64,000 nt of DNA, taken from NCBI GenBank assembly GCA_964016885.1, contig OZ024749.1, forward strand, positions 33,480,001-33,544,000. Reading direction: 5' to 3'. Shown piece by piece: positions 15,761-29,781 of the stretch (position 1 is its first letter; every line of letters starts with the position of its first letter). The notes below the pieces were generated by a model. That model was not told the origin of the DNA and did no database searches. It worked only from the letters and a program-made list of their open reading frames with translations. The stretch comes from Eledone cirrhosa (taxonomy: Eukaryota). Both the position numbers and the translations under genes were made by a program.

Positions 15761-16412
15761 AGTTAAAAGAATAGAGGTGTAACACACAAGTTATTATATA
15801 TTGGTAAACGGAATAGAAAATGCTGACAAATTGTTCACAGTTGAAAAATGGTTTAATTAGGAATAAAAGAGTATTAGTGATTGTATGGGTTAGTATTCAG
15901 TTGTGGTTTTAAGTTTTTAAGTTTTTACCGGTTGCGCATTTCTAAATGCTTTTCAAAAATAATTTTGAGATAGAGTGTCCGTGCTGTTTGCTCTGATCTG
16001 ATTAGTTTTGGGAATTCTACCTGTTTTTATGTTAAAAAATGGCTCCAGCGTTATTTTTGTGTTGCAAAAATGCTTGTGGTCAAAACAATTTTGATTGGTC
16101 GGTAGAGGTCATGTGAATTTGTTTTGACCACAAGCATTTTTGCAACACAAAAATAACGCTGGAGCCATTTTTTTAACATAAAAACAGGTAGAATTCCCAA
16201 AACTAATCAGATCAGAGCAAACAGCACGGACACTCTATCTCAAAATTATTTTTGAAAAGCATTTAGAAATGCGCAACCGGTAAAAACTTAAAAACTTAAA
16301 ACCACAACTGAATACTAACCCATACAATCACTAATACTCTTTTATTCCTAATTAAACCATTTTTCAACTGTGAACAATTTGTCAGCATTTTCTATTCCGT
16401 TTACCAATATAT
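15761..16412. mobile_element. Fold-back (palindromic) PLE-like terminal element in (TA)n
   Basis: About 293-bp near-perfect inverted arms (15795-16088 / 16119-16412), ~30-nt spacer, ~34-nt tail on the left arm only, hammerhead-like motif in each arm. Confidence 0.75.
16249..16285 (+). ncRNA. Minimal hammerhead motif, U3-A8 variant with GCAA for GAAA (mirror at ~15923-15959)
   Basis: TTT-TTGAAAA-GCATTT(ag)AAATGC-GCAA-CCGG-TA-AAA. Same layout as 57476. Confidence 0.65.
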
Positions 16413-16427
16413 ATATATATATATATA

Positions 16428-16619
16428 TAACGAAGGAAATGTGGTAAGGAACCAGGTGGACCATAACGCACCAAAGTACTCAATACTTGAGGTAGTAGAG
16501 TGGGTAATAGGAACCAGTAAGACCCCGACAGCTGAGCTCAAGCCGTTTCGACGGCTAATTCGGCTGAATTAGCCGTCGAAACGGCTTGAGCTCAGCTGTC
16601 GGGGTCTTACTGGTTCCTA
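16428..16619 (-). mobile_element. Family A hairpin element, copy 1
   Basis: About 60-bp inverted arms plus ~70-nt one-sided tail ending ccttcgtta(TA)n. Confidence 0.85.
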
Positions 16620-16972
16620 TATATGAATAAAGTGGTCCTTCAACAGTGATCTTCCAACCATCATTGGTATTTCTTCGCTTTAAAGACCATTGTAAACAAA
16701 CAAAGGTGGTGAAGCAACGAAAAATGAGGAAGAACGAGTCAAGTCCCAAATTTCCATGAATATAAGTTCGGTGAAATCGTGAATGAGAGAGAATAAAGAC
16801 CATCAAACCTGGTTGGAATGTGAGCAAGGAAGGAATTCCGTACAGGTCTAACGGGTGGAAGAAGGAATCTAGTCTGTGAATTCGGTGAACATAAGTTCTG
16901 TGAAATCGTAGACGAGAGTGAGAAAAAAGGCGATATATATATATAAATACATATATATATACATATATATAA

Positions 16973-17038
<66 letters not shown>

Positions 17039-17212
17039 TTTTTAATTTCAACGTCTCGTTGAATTGGTCATATCAACTATTGGTACTCATTTATCAGCGC
17101 TAATTAATTCCAGTATAGTTGCTGCTGCTGTAAAATTTGATTTACTGTTAATTGGAAGTTTTCGCCTTTACTCTCTCTTTCAATATATTTATGTACTTTT
17201 TCTTCTACATTA

Positions 17213-17831
<619 letters not shown>

Positions 17832-17896
17832 GGGAGAGAGGGAGAGGGAGAGAGAGAGCGAGAGATGAGACAGGCAGAGACGCAGACACACACACT

Positions 17897-17943
<47 letters not shown>

Positions 17944-17985
17944 GTACATAGGAGGTTGAAAGCAGTGATTCTGTGTTAACACTTG

Positions 17986-18027
<42 letters not shown>

Positions 18028-18084
18028 GAAAGGTATAGAAAATATTGTAGCAAAAAGCCAATATATATATATATATATATATAT

Positions 18085-18247
18085 AATGGCTGCCCCCCCC
18101 TCCTTATCGAGTATGGCCATTGCACGATATAACATTAGTAATAATTATTAATTAATTCTATCGTGCAATGCCTGTGCGTGAAGATTTTTTTTAAAGTAAG
18201 GAAGGACGGATTATAGCTACTGTCGCTCAGAGAGTGGGATAGGCTCA

Positions 18248-18252
<5 letters not shown>
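18085..18252 (-). mobile_element. Deletion derivative of the RTE LINE (5'UTR joined to 3'UTR) with an inverted 5' segment
   Basis: 18085-18126 is the reverse complement of the LINE 3' end (53344-53384). 18161-18200 is the reverse complement of 5'UTR 49435-49480. 18208-18252 matches 49388-49431 in forward orientation. Confidence 0.75.
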
Positions 18253-18280
<28 letters not shown>

Positions 18281-18282
<2 letters not shown>

Positions 18283-18471
18283 GGAACAAGTAAGACCCCG
18301 ACGGCTGAGCTCAAGCCGTTTCGACGGCTAATTGAGTACAGAATTAGCCGTCGAAACGGCTTGAGCTCAGCCGTCGGGGTCTTACTTGTTCCTATTACCC
18401 ACTCTACTACCCTAAGTATTGATTACTTTGGTGCGTTATGGTCCACCTGGTTCCTTACCACATTTCCTTCG

Positions 18472-18474
<3 letters not shown>
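18281..18474 (+). mobile_element. Family A hairpin element, copy 2
   Basis: Same arms and tail, (TA)n both sides. Confidence 0.85.
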
Positions 18475-18513
<39 letters not shown>

Positions 18514-18846
18514 CCAACAAATAATATTAAAAAGTAATGATCACAGAGGACGGAAATAATCACAATAAATAAAATGATAAATACATAAATGAAATAAATA
18601 GAAATAAGAAATAAAACCTTTTAAAATCTGCTCTTTCTATAAATACTAACGTGTGTATGTCTAGGACCTCCGTCGGTTCCGACGATGAGCACTCGAGTTG
18701 TTTGACCAAAGTCTCTGTTACCACCAATACAGTAGAGTCCTTATATCGTTTGTACATCAGCTCAATATTATTTAAATAAAACTGGACATACTGTTCCCCC
18801 AAACATTGTGCTGTAACCGACTGTAAATTTCGTCGCAACAGAAGTG

Positions 18847-18888
<42 letters not shown>

Positions 18889-19020
18889 TTTGTATGTGTA
18901 TATATGTATATATGTATGTAAGTATATATCATATATACTCTTTTAATCTTTAACGTTTCCAGCCGACTGTCTGAGGCCATGGTAGGGCATAGCCATTTAT
19001 ATATATATATATATATATAT

Positions 19021-19237
19021 AACGAAGGAAGTATGGTAAGGGACCAGATGGACCATAACGCACCAGAGATACTGAGCGTAGTAGAGTGGGTAATAGGAAA
19101 AGAGTCTCTTTATATATATATATATATATATCGGAAAATGTTTGACCCCGACGGCAGAGCTCAAGCGACGGCTATTTCTGTACTCCAGAAATAGCCGTCG
19201 AAACGGCTTGAGCACTGCCATCGGGGTCAAACATTTT

Positions 19238-19289
<52 letters not shown>

Positions 19290-19406
19290 AAAATGTTTGA
19301 CTCCGACGGCAGAGCTGAAGCAACGGCTATTTCTGGACTCCAGAAATAGCTGCCCAGAAATAGCCGTCGAAACGGCTTGAGCTCTGCCATCGGGGTCGAA
19401 CATATT

Positions 19407-19490
<84 letters not shown>

Positions 19491-19524
19491 GGACTCTTTT
19501 CCTATTACCCACTCTACTACCCTA
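19021..19524. mobile_element. Cluster of Family A variant pieces separated by (TA)n
   Basis: Tail at 19021-19110, hairpins at 19131-19240 and 19287-19410, partial tail at 19488-19524. Confidence 0.75.
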
Positions 19525-20063
19525 GATAAAATGCTTAAATAGTTTCGACTATTAATTCTGCCATGAAGGGAAACCATTGGGCCGCGGATTTGCAAGATAT
19601 AGCCCCCCCAGATCATCACAGATCCTCCTCCATGTTTAACAGTTGGAAGAAGGTAGTCTGGGTCAACTGCTTTTTTTGGCTGTCTCCACACGTATACTCG
19701 GCCGGTGGTCAGAAATAAGGTAAAGGATGACTCGTCCGAGAAAATAACATTCTTCCACTGCTCTAGGGACCAATTCTCTAGGGTTTTACTCGACTCTAAA
19801 CGCTTTGCAACGTTTGTTTTTGATAGTAGTGGTTTTCTGATTGCAGCCCTCCCGTGAAATCCGGCTTTGTGCAGCTCCCGGCGAACAGTTTTTGTGGAAA
19901 CTGGGTTCTCGAGGTGGTCATTAAGCTCTGCAGTAATTTTGGGAGCTGTACTTTTGTGATCCTTTCTAACAATTCGCGTAAGAGTCCGACGGTCCCTATC
20001 GGAAAGTTTTGGTTTTCTCCCGGAGCTTTGTTTCGACGAGGAGGTTTTTTCCCCTCTTTCTCA
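19524..20063 (-). pseudogene. Disrupted Tc1-family transposase fragment
   Basis: Minus strand gives [23 protein letters not shown] (HTH region), [12 protein letters not shown] (first catalytic D) and [14 protein letters not shown]. The reading frame is disrupted and both ends are truncated. Confidence 0.9.
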
Positions 20064-20081
20064 AAGACTGTCATTACTGTC

Positions 20082-20144
<63 letters not shown>

Positions 20145-20453
20145 TTATATACACATACAAACTCTCATATACACACACACATACATATATAAGGGAAAAA
20201 TAATGAAGCTAAACGTACATTGCTATTTATTTAAATATCTTTTTTATTCCACTAATTAGCTTTTGTTCTCTATATCTAGGAAGTTATTTATTTTCATATT
20301 TTTATCTTTCATTTTATATTAAATGAACTTTCTATTTTTCCTTTTCCTATGAAAGACATGTCTCGCTGGACTTATTAATTAAGTTGCATTTTTTTCTCTC
20401 TACAGTTTGTTATAATATATTAGTTTCTAAAAGAATATATTTTTTCTTTTTTA

Positions 20454-20527
<74 letters not shown>

Positions 20528-20741
20528 CTCTCTCTTGCGCGCTCTCTTTCGCTCTCCCCCCTCTCTCACGTTCTCTTCTCTCTCATTCTCTCTCCTCTCT
20601 CATTCTCTCTCTCAATCTATCTATGTAAACGCGCAATCACACATACATATATTCGTGCATACAGCCATACGCAGATACATACATACACATAAACACACAC
20701 ACACACACGCACGCACGCACATACACATACACACATACATG

Positions 20742-20797
<56 letters not shown>

Positions 20798-20990
20798 AGA
20801 TACGACTTTTATTAATAATTTCCAATATAGTGTTATTAATTCTTTGAGACCTTTTTACTGATAATGTCGTCGTTGCCGGAACTTCAATTTCAACCCCAAA
20901 AAGATTGCCAATGGAATGTGCATCAGTAGCAACAAACAAACTAATAATATAATTTATATATATATATTATATATATATATATACATATAT

Positions 20991-21087
<97 letters not shown>

Positions 21088-21136
21088 TATACCCTCTTTG
21101 GATTTTAGTCTTCAAATTTATTATTATTACTATTAT

Positions 21137-21189
<53 letters not shown>

Positions 21190-21273
21190 AAAGGGAAACA
21201 GAAATAACAACACAATCGGTACAGTATATGGAAGGTATATATTAGGTTAACGCTTGATATAGCAGGAAGAGGG

Positions 21274-21309
21274 TCTTAACGTTTCGGACGCTAGTCCTTC
21301 ATCAGAAGA
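21274..21309 (-). ncRNA. Ultra-minimal hammerhead motif (GAAACGUH class)
   Basis: Minus strand TCTT-CTGATGA-A-GGAC(tagc)GTCC-GAAAC-GTT-AAGA. Confidence 0.75.
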
Positions 21310-21668
21310 AAGAATGAGAAATAAAATAGATTGAGTGGACGGGCGGGATGGAATTGGAAAAAATGTCACACACACACACATATATATATATATAAAGCAA
21401 CACTATATTAACATACACACATATATAAAACACTTTGGTAATAAACGAAAACTAGTGACTGATTATTAAAACGTTTAATATCCAGTGATGACGAAACTAT
21501 CAGTAACCAGATTCTTCTGATAAACCTGGCTGTCTAAAAGTCAAATGGAGGAGTAAAGAACATACAAAACAAAACAAAGAAGAGTAAACAACAAATATAA
21601 AAGTATATTAAATCAATGTCGTTAACAACCAAATCAACTAGTAAATATGACGAAGGTACACACACGCG

Positions 21669-21767
<99 letters not shown>

Positions 21768-21967
21768 TTTGCAAAGAGTTCATGCTCGACGGCTGAGCTC
21801 TGTTGTTTCAACGGCGAATATATATATATATATATATTGTATACATATATAATTCTACATATATTCATATATATTTGTGTACACACACACATGTATATAT
21901 ATATATATATATATATAATCAGTTCCTGATTATTTACTAGAATTCTATAAGAACCAAACATTCATGA

Positions 21968-22058
21968 TTTCAGCAAACAGGAGGAGTAGTTGGCTTTGAT
22001 AAGCATCAATAAATGCGAAACAGGGCCCTGTCAGCTTTATCTCCCCTGTTTGCTGAAA
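21968..22058 (+). ncRNA. Type-I hammerhead ribozyme motif, U3-A8 core variant, extended stem I
   Basis: GGCT-TTGATAA-GCAT(caataa)ATGC-GAAA-CAGGGCCCTG-TC-AGCT. Outer 14-bp helix tttcagcaaacagg/cctgtttgctgaaa. GUC triplet, predicted cut after 22032. Confidence 0.85.
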
Positions 22059-22300
22059 ATTAAAGTAAGTGAGTCTGTCACTACTCTAAAACAATAGCAT
22101 AAGGTCTTCGAAATGCTTTTGATTAAGCATACAGTGTATTGCAAAATACACTATATATACATTCATATATATATAGCTATTTCAGAGCACCAATTCTAAT
22201 TTATATATATATATATATATATAAACACACACATATATATATTTATAATATACTCATATATGCTTGTATGTATGTCTATCTATCTATCTATCTATCTATC

Positions 22301-23243
22301 TGGCAGGCGGATCCGGTTGTCAGTGGAGACTCCACCGCAACATTCTATAGAGGGCTGGTACGCAACAGGTGCGACGACGCCCTCGGAGAAGCCCTAGACA
22401 TGGAGGAGGACGAACTGGCTAGCCTGTTCGGTAGGACATTCAGCCCGGGACCTATGGACAACTTCCAGAAGTCCCTGGCCTGGCAGTGCTACCGAGGGGC
22501 TTTACCCGTTCGAGAAAGGCTCTACAGACACGGGCGCCCGGGTAGGGACCCCGCCAAAAAGATCTGTCCCAGATGCGTGTGCGACGAGGAAACCGTTGCA
22601 CACGCATTAGTACACTGCTCGGGCGTAGCCGATCTGTGGGGCTATGTCGAACAACTGCTGTCAAGGGTGGGACCGATCCGGCTGACCACCGAGTCTATTG
22701 TAATGATCAAGCCGCCTCCCCCCTTCAAAGATGAAGCAGAGGCGGTGTTTCTGTGCGTAATAGCCATGGCGAAAGAGGTTGTATGGTGGACGCGTCTGAA
22801 AGGACTGAGGTCGGGCACCTTTCTCTCTGGCCAACAACTGGTCCGTTTCTTCCGATATCATTTCGGAAGAAGGATCAGGATGGAGAGAGAGGTGCTGCAC
22901 CCCAGCCGTTTCTATGAAAGATGGGTGAAAGTGGCGAGAATGGCCCGTGTGAATGGGCCTTCACTCTACATCAGACTATAGGTGAGGAAGATGAAAGACC
23001 AAGGGAGCACCCCCTCTCTGTGCTCCTGAGGAGAAGGGTTGCACACTTTTTTCGGGGGTGTGTGCGACCCCCCAAGGCGCCTCCTCTCTATTGAGGATTT
23101 TGTTAAAAATTTTATTTTTTGTTATATCTTATTTTATTTTTATATTTTGTTATTGCCTCCTCCTTATTGAGGACGCCTTTTTGTGTAAACTCCCCCCATT
23201 GTACTTGTCCCACTTTTGATGCCCTAGTGGCAAATAAAAGAAA
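22301..23243 (+). mobile_element. 5'-truncated L1/Tx1-type LINE (ORF2 C-terminus with CCHC zinc-binding region, 3'UTR)
   Basis: LAWQCYRGALPV...CPRCVCDEETVAHALVHC...WWTR matches the zf-RVT-type C-terminus of L1/Tx1 ORF2. Stop at 22981, AATAAA at ~23233, (TATC)n on both flanks. Confidence 0.85.
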
Positions 23244-23245
23244 TA

Positions 23246-23312
<67 letters not shown>

Positions 23313-23356
23313 TAAATTGCATTTGTGATAACATTTTACACGTTTTTATTGTATGG

Positions 23357-23415
23357 AAACTTCCCCCTTTGTATTTGTCCCCTTCTTTTGTGCCCCTGTG
23401 GCTAATAAAGAAACA
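23357..23415 (+). mobile_element. Short 3' terminus of the same L1/Tx1-type family
   Basis: tttgtccccttcttttgtgcccctgtggctaataaagaaa followed by (TATC)n. Confidence 0.7.
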
Positions 23416-23483
<68 letters not shown>

Positions 23484-23858
23484 AACAGATGTTTCTGTCA
23501 TCTGCTGACGAACGATTAATTGCAATACAATATAGTAAGACATTAAAAACAAAACTTGCTGCTTCAATTTCTGCTTGTTGATCTTTACCAATTCATCACC
23601 GATAACATCAAATCAGTATTTTTTTTTATCGCATAGTGTCTTATTCTTTCTTTCAGTTTGTCACTTAGTGACTTGCTGATTTAAATAGTGTAAAAGTACG
23701 TGGCTTAGAAGTTAGGGTGTTTAGTTCCCGATCTCTCCACCTATCTAAGCAAAGCGGAATTACACATACATTCACGTACGCACACGCACGTGCATACATG
23801 CGTAAATACATACATACGCAGATACATACATACACATAAACACACCCACGCACACACA

Positions 23859-23893
<35 letters not shown>

Positions 23894-23934
23894 AATAAGT
23901 GTAAGTCAAAAGGTAAAATTAACTTTGTTTAATC

Positions 23935-23997
23935 GCTGTTATATACATATATTTCGATGATAACCATTATGCAACCGCTATGACCTCATCAGACAGC
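23935..23997 (-). ncRNA. Type-I hammerhead motif
   Basis: Minus strand GCTGT-CTGATGA-GG..ATAGC..GTTAT..TC-GAAA-TATATGTATA-TA-ACAGC. 5-bp stem I. Confidence 0.8.
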
Positions 23998-25961
23998 TAG
24001 AATTTGAACAGATACAGCTTTTATTAATAATTTCTCGTGGCTCTTTGTGTCCTTGAGTAAAACACTTCACATTACTCCAGTCAATTCAACTGACAAAAAT
24101 GTGTTCTACATATTGTTCATAGGGCCAGCTTTGTCACACATAATAAGTGGTGTTCGTGCTCCTTGAATGCTCAGTCACGTATCCTTTTAATTGTTTGAAC
24201 AGCTGGGAAACTCGCCGTCGGAACCGACGAAGGACCAACACACTGATGTAAATAGAACAATTCTCCATAAATCTTTCTGTGAAGTGTGTTTTGAGTTATT
24301 TCTGTTCTTCACTTATTTCTATTTGTTTGTGGCATCCCTACGCAATGACGACAGCCATACGTTTGTGTTACGGTTGGCGTTGTCCTGTCGAAGAGAGAAA
24401 AAAACAACATATTTAATGATATCCATGGATTGAGGGAATCATTAAAGTAAGTATTCAAATCTCACCTCCTTTCACAGGAAGTGATGTAACACTTCTATGA
24501 GAATTTGCAGTTAGCAGATTATATGAGCAATGGGCAATGGATATACATGTGGAAACATAGTTTCAAAGGTTCCACCTGACAATCAGCTCCTTTTTTTATC
24601 CTTCCATATCTTTTACAGATATCGATGGCGTATGTTCAATGCAATATATTTGACCCGAAGCAAAACTATCTCTCATATTTGTATATTTGTTTTTTGTTTT
24701 CCTATTGATATATCTGTAATAAACAGGGAAATTATTTCAGTAGCACTATTATAATACCTATTGTTGTCTAGCTTTTACTGAAAAAAAGAAAAGAGACAAA
24801 ACATGCCATTCACTAATGAAAGAAATTCTATTGAATTTTCGATGTAACAACAAATTTTTGTAGCTATTTTGTAATTTTGTAGCTATTAAATAATGTATTG
24901 ATACTAATTATGGCAATTTCGTTTCTAGCGGCTGGTGTCATGGCAGCAAGCTGCGGCTCAAATGCTTAAACAGACTCTCAAATAAATTGCATTCTATAGA
25001 ATAAACAGCATCGAGTAAAGTTACTATCATTGTTAGTAATAAAGTTTTGTCAATATTTGTTTTTGTTTTGCTAACCACACATACCTGCGGCAAAATATAG
25101 ATATTTTTTTTTTTACTTCGGAACAAAGTCTTGATTCGTCAAGTCAACAGTATATTAGAATTTTAACTATAGTGTTAGCAGTTAGCATCCAGTCAATATC
25201 AATGCATTATTCCTGATCCACTACACCTAACTGTAAATAGATGGCATGAGGTGGTGACTATATTAGTACAAATACTTGGAGCACTGTACAATATATTTTC
25301 AGCAATGGTTTTAGCATTTAGCATCTACTGAGCGTCAGATAGAATGCTTTGCGAGATTCGTTCCGTCACTCTGCACTTTCTGAGTTCAAATCCCACCGAG
25401 GTCAACTTTGCCTGTCATCCTTTCGAAGGCGATAAAAAAGCACCAGTCCAGTACTGGGGTCGATTCTACCTCTATATATCTTTTTGACTTCCTCTATATT
25501 TCACTCGCTTTTTCACCCTTACTCTTTCTTCTGTGGAAGAAATCGTCTGTTCAGACCTAGAGAGTGATGAGCTCCACCAAGTTTAAAACGCCAAAGTCAC
25601 GCCATATGTCACTACGGTGCCCTTGCGACTCTGTCAGAAGTTATGGATCTCTACATACATACATCTACTGGCTGTCGGTATATTATCGCTGGTTCAGTCG
25701 ACGGTTTGAAGTGAGACTCATTACAGCTGGAAATACAAGCACCTTGGTGTAATGGTAGCATTTCTGCCCAGCCCAGCAAACATGAAGTTTGGGGTCCGAG
25801 TCCCGTAGGTGCTTATATCTATCTTTTCTGTTAAGGGGGCTTACATGTCTTATTATTTAGACTATTTTTCTATAGTCAAAAACTTCGATGAGCTTCTAGC
25901 TTTCTCATGATATATTTGACTGGTATCTGTTATATTGCGGCTACAATTTAGATTTATACCT

Positions 25962-26027
<66 letters not shown>

Positions 26028-26124
26028 AATGAAGTATTTCCGTCGGAACGGTACAGGAAAAAAGAGTGCTCTATGTAGGCTACAGATCTTATTAGTTATG
26101 TAATAAACAACATAAGATAATTAT

Positions 26125-26185
26125 TTCATTTACCAGTGGTTTCTTGAAGGCAGATGTCGTGTCTGTCTTCAGTCGTCAGAATGAA
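26125..26185 (-). ncRNA. Type-I hammerhead motif
   Basis: Minus strand TTCATT-CTGACGA-cTGAAGaCAGA(cacgaca)TCTGcCTTCAa-GAAA-CCACTGG-TA-AATGAA. 6-bp stem I, GUA triplet. Confidence 0.8.
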
Positions 26186-26254
26186 TAAATAACATGGTGT
26201 TTTTATTACTTGGGAGTGAAAGGCCCACAGTTGTTGTCACACCTTTCTAAGAGG

Positions 26255-26491
26255 GGAAACTCTGAAAAAAAAACCCTGCGACTTCAGAAGCATCCGATGA
26301 TGTTGACCAGTTCTCCTTTTCGGTTTTCGAAGCCTAGAGAGTGAGATTGGTCGAGTGCAAGGCCTTTAACTACTTAAAAAACCATTGTTTGTTCAGGATC
26401 TGTTACAGGTTCGTGTGGCTGACCGTAGCCTAAAAGTGCACCAGTTTCTGTAATCTGACAAGCGATTGCAAAACTCTTAGCAGAGTTTGCA

Positions 26492-26499
<8 letters not shown>
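26255..26499 (+). mobile_element. Diverged RTE-derived non-autonomous element
   Basis: ctaagaggggaaactctga...ccgatgatgttga...gagagtgagattgg...gcagccatcat. Confidence 0.55.
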
Positions 26500-26576
<77 letters not shown>

Positions 26577-26912
26577 TATATATACCATACATATATAGCA
26601 AGATAACTAGCTGCCTATATAGATATGTATTTAATATCTATCTATGTGTATATATATTTATGTTTCTGTATGCATACGTATGTATATATAAATATAAGCA
26701 TATATATGTATATGTATACGTATATATAAATATGTATATATATACCTGTAAAGATATATATATATATAAATACACACACACATATATGGATTTATGTATG
26801 GATGTGACTGCGCATATATCTCTGTGTGTATGTGTGTGTATGTATGTATGTATGTATGTATGTATGTATGTATGTATGTATGTATGTATGTATGTATGTA
26901 TGTATGTATGTA

Positions 26913-26965
<53 letters not shown>

Positions 26966-27148
26966 CTGTGTCTCTGTATGTATGCATATGTACATATGTA
27001 TCTTTGTCAGTGTTTATATGTAACTGTCTCTCTGTGTGTCCATGTATGTTTTCATATCTATTTGCATGTCAGTGTCTGTGTTTGTATGTATGTATGTATG
27101 TATGTATGTATGTATGTATGTATGTATGTATGTATGTATGTATGTGTG

Positions 27149-27757
27149 TCAGGTCACCAGTTGGTGCTACTGGTAACATGTATCCCAGTACAACCTGTCC
27201 CATGGTCGGGTCGTTGACGACTAAACTGGCAACCTCACCAAGGTTTCTTGGTGAGGAGGGTGACTTTGGACATCCTGCAGGACTAAAAACAAAACCTGTG
27301 AAAGGGCAAAGGAGCTCTTAAGAGTCAATGGCCATCCAAAATCACCGGGAGAGATGACCCCTTAGCCTTTGTCAAGGCATAATTCTAGGAGAAGGAAAAC
27401 TCTGATATAACATCTGCAACCCTGATGGTATCCAATGATGTTGACTTGTTCTTCTTTTTGGTAAATATCATCTTGGTTAAGAGAGTGGGACTGGCTTTGT
27501 ACAGTGCCTTTGTTCACTATAAAAGCTTCACGGCACAGGCATTGCTTTATATCTGGCGATCTCTCTGCACTTGTCGTCACATGGTACCATGGGCCCAGCA
27601 CTATGTGTCAATAATTGTCACAAGTATAGTGTTTGTACCAGAGTTTTCAAGTCGCTGGCTGGACTAAAATGTCACACTTGTTCAGCGCATCGGTAGGGGT
27701 TCTCCTACATGGATATAAAGTAGTGGCTTTACTCGAAAACGAGTTGGCAGCCACCAT
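27149..27757 (+). mobile_element. Non-autonomous RTE-derived element (5'UTR-like body plus RTE-like 3' end)
   Basis: Shares ctaggagaaggaaaactctga, gatgatgttga and gagagtggga...cacaggcattgc with the LINE 5'UTR. Ends ggcagccaccat. Near-identical copy at 46389-46802. Confidence 0.75.
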
Positions 27758-28941
27758 GTATGTGTGTGTGTGTGTTTGTGTCTCTGTAAGGGTGCACATG
27801 TACTTATATATCTGTGTCAGTGTTTGTATGTTACTGTGCCTCTGTGGGTTCATATATATCGGTATGGCAGTGTCTGTGTTTGTATATATATGTGCCTATG
27901 TAAGTGTATATATGTATGTGTGTGTCTCTGTGTGTGTGCATATGTACATATGTGTCTGTGTTTATATATATATGTGCCTATTTAAGTGTATATATGTATG
28001 TCTGTGTCTCTGTACGTGTGCATATGTACATATGTGTCTGTGTTTGTATATATATATATGTATCTATGTAACTGTGTATATATGTATGTGTGTGTGTCTC
28101 TGTATGTGTGCATATGTACATATGTGTCTGTGTTTGTATATATATGTATCTATGTAACTGTGTATATATGTATGTCTGTGTCTCTGTATGTGTGCATATG
28201 TACATATGTGTCTGTGTTTGTATATATATGTATCTATGTAACTGTGTATAAATGTATGTCTGTGTCTCTCTATGTGTGCATATGTACATATGTGTCTGTG
28301 TTTGTATATATATGTATCTATGTAACTGTGTATATATGTGTCTGTGTGCTGACTGTAATCTCTTTAATCTGTTAAGATTATTAACGGCACACACATATCT
28401 CCTTTAATGTTCATCGCATATTTTTAGCGACTGTCTCAAGAGAAACTAACGCCCAATTACGACGTTTATCACAACATCTCGTTTGCCACTGATCAAGTGT
28501 TGTGTGTTTTCGCATAATTATCACAGTCATTAGTATCTCATATCCTTTAGATGTCTCATGCGAATCTGATATTAAGCTATGTATCAAGCAGATAGAATAT
28601 CCTCCGTCCAATTTCTGATTATTTATATGCACGATACGTGATATCTATTGAAATGAAAAAAATATTATTTTCGTTTTGGTCTTTCTGTTTTATGTAACAA
28701 CTCCTGATAGGAATGGAATCCGAAGTGAATGGCGATTTCATGTTTCTTTTTATATTTTTGTAATGTAATGTAAAGTAATGTGGTATAGTGTCTTAGATGT
28801 ATTTTTGGTTGTTTCGATAATTATCAGTCGTTTATTCAACGGGGAAAATAAGATAACGAAAAATGAGAGGTCCACTGCTAACTATACTCTATTGATAATC
28901 TTAGACGGAAAATTCAAAGTTACAAAACGTCTCATATTTCT

Positions 28942-29032
<91 letters not shown>

Positions 29033-29047
29033 ATAATAATATATGTG

Positions 29048-29138
<91 letters not shown>

Positions 29139-29303
29139 GTATGACTCTAAAAACCGGTTTGTCTGTGTGTTTACATACAGAATAGCTGGACACTCACAGT
29201 AAAGTGACCAGTGAAAAACTCGGTACATCTACATATGTATACGTGTGTGTATTCATATGCATACTAGTATTTCAGTATACATATGTGGATGTACATTTTT
29301 AAC

Positions 29304-29422
<119 letters not shown>

Positions 29423-29781
29423 GTGTGTGTATGTGTATTTATATATACATATATTATATATGAATTGAGGTGTATATGAAGGCATATACAATATGTTTAT
29501 ATATAATAAACATTCTATATGCAAATGGAAGTTTCCATCCGATTTTATATGCGTGGACGTCTAAATTGTTTTGTCAGTACAGGAGGTTTTTTTGAAATTG
29601 GTAAATTGTATAGTCAGCAAGGTAAGCTCACAGACACACTGTAGAACTAGAACTGTAGTATGTAACATAATATATGTATGTATATTGAGTGGTTTTACTT
29701 TGTTGTATGTGTGGCTTCTATAATCAGTCTAAGCATTGTGTTCGTTCACTGAGTAGATATGACTTTTATCTTATTACTTTC

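Noticed and set aside
27152-27265. Twister- or HDV-like ribozyme at the 5' end of the RTE-derived element (ACCTG-TCCCATGGT-CGGGT ... GAGGG)
   Set aside because: A P4-like hairpin and GAGGG are present, but I could not assemble consistent P1, P2 and pseudoknot pairings by eye. An Infernal search would decide.
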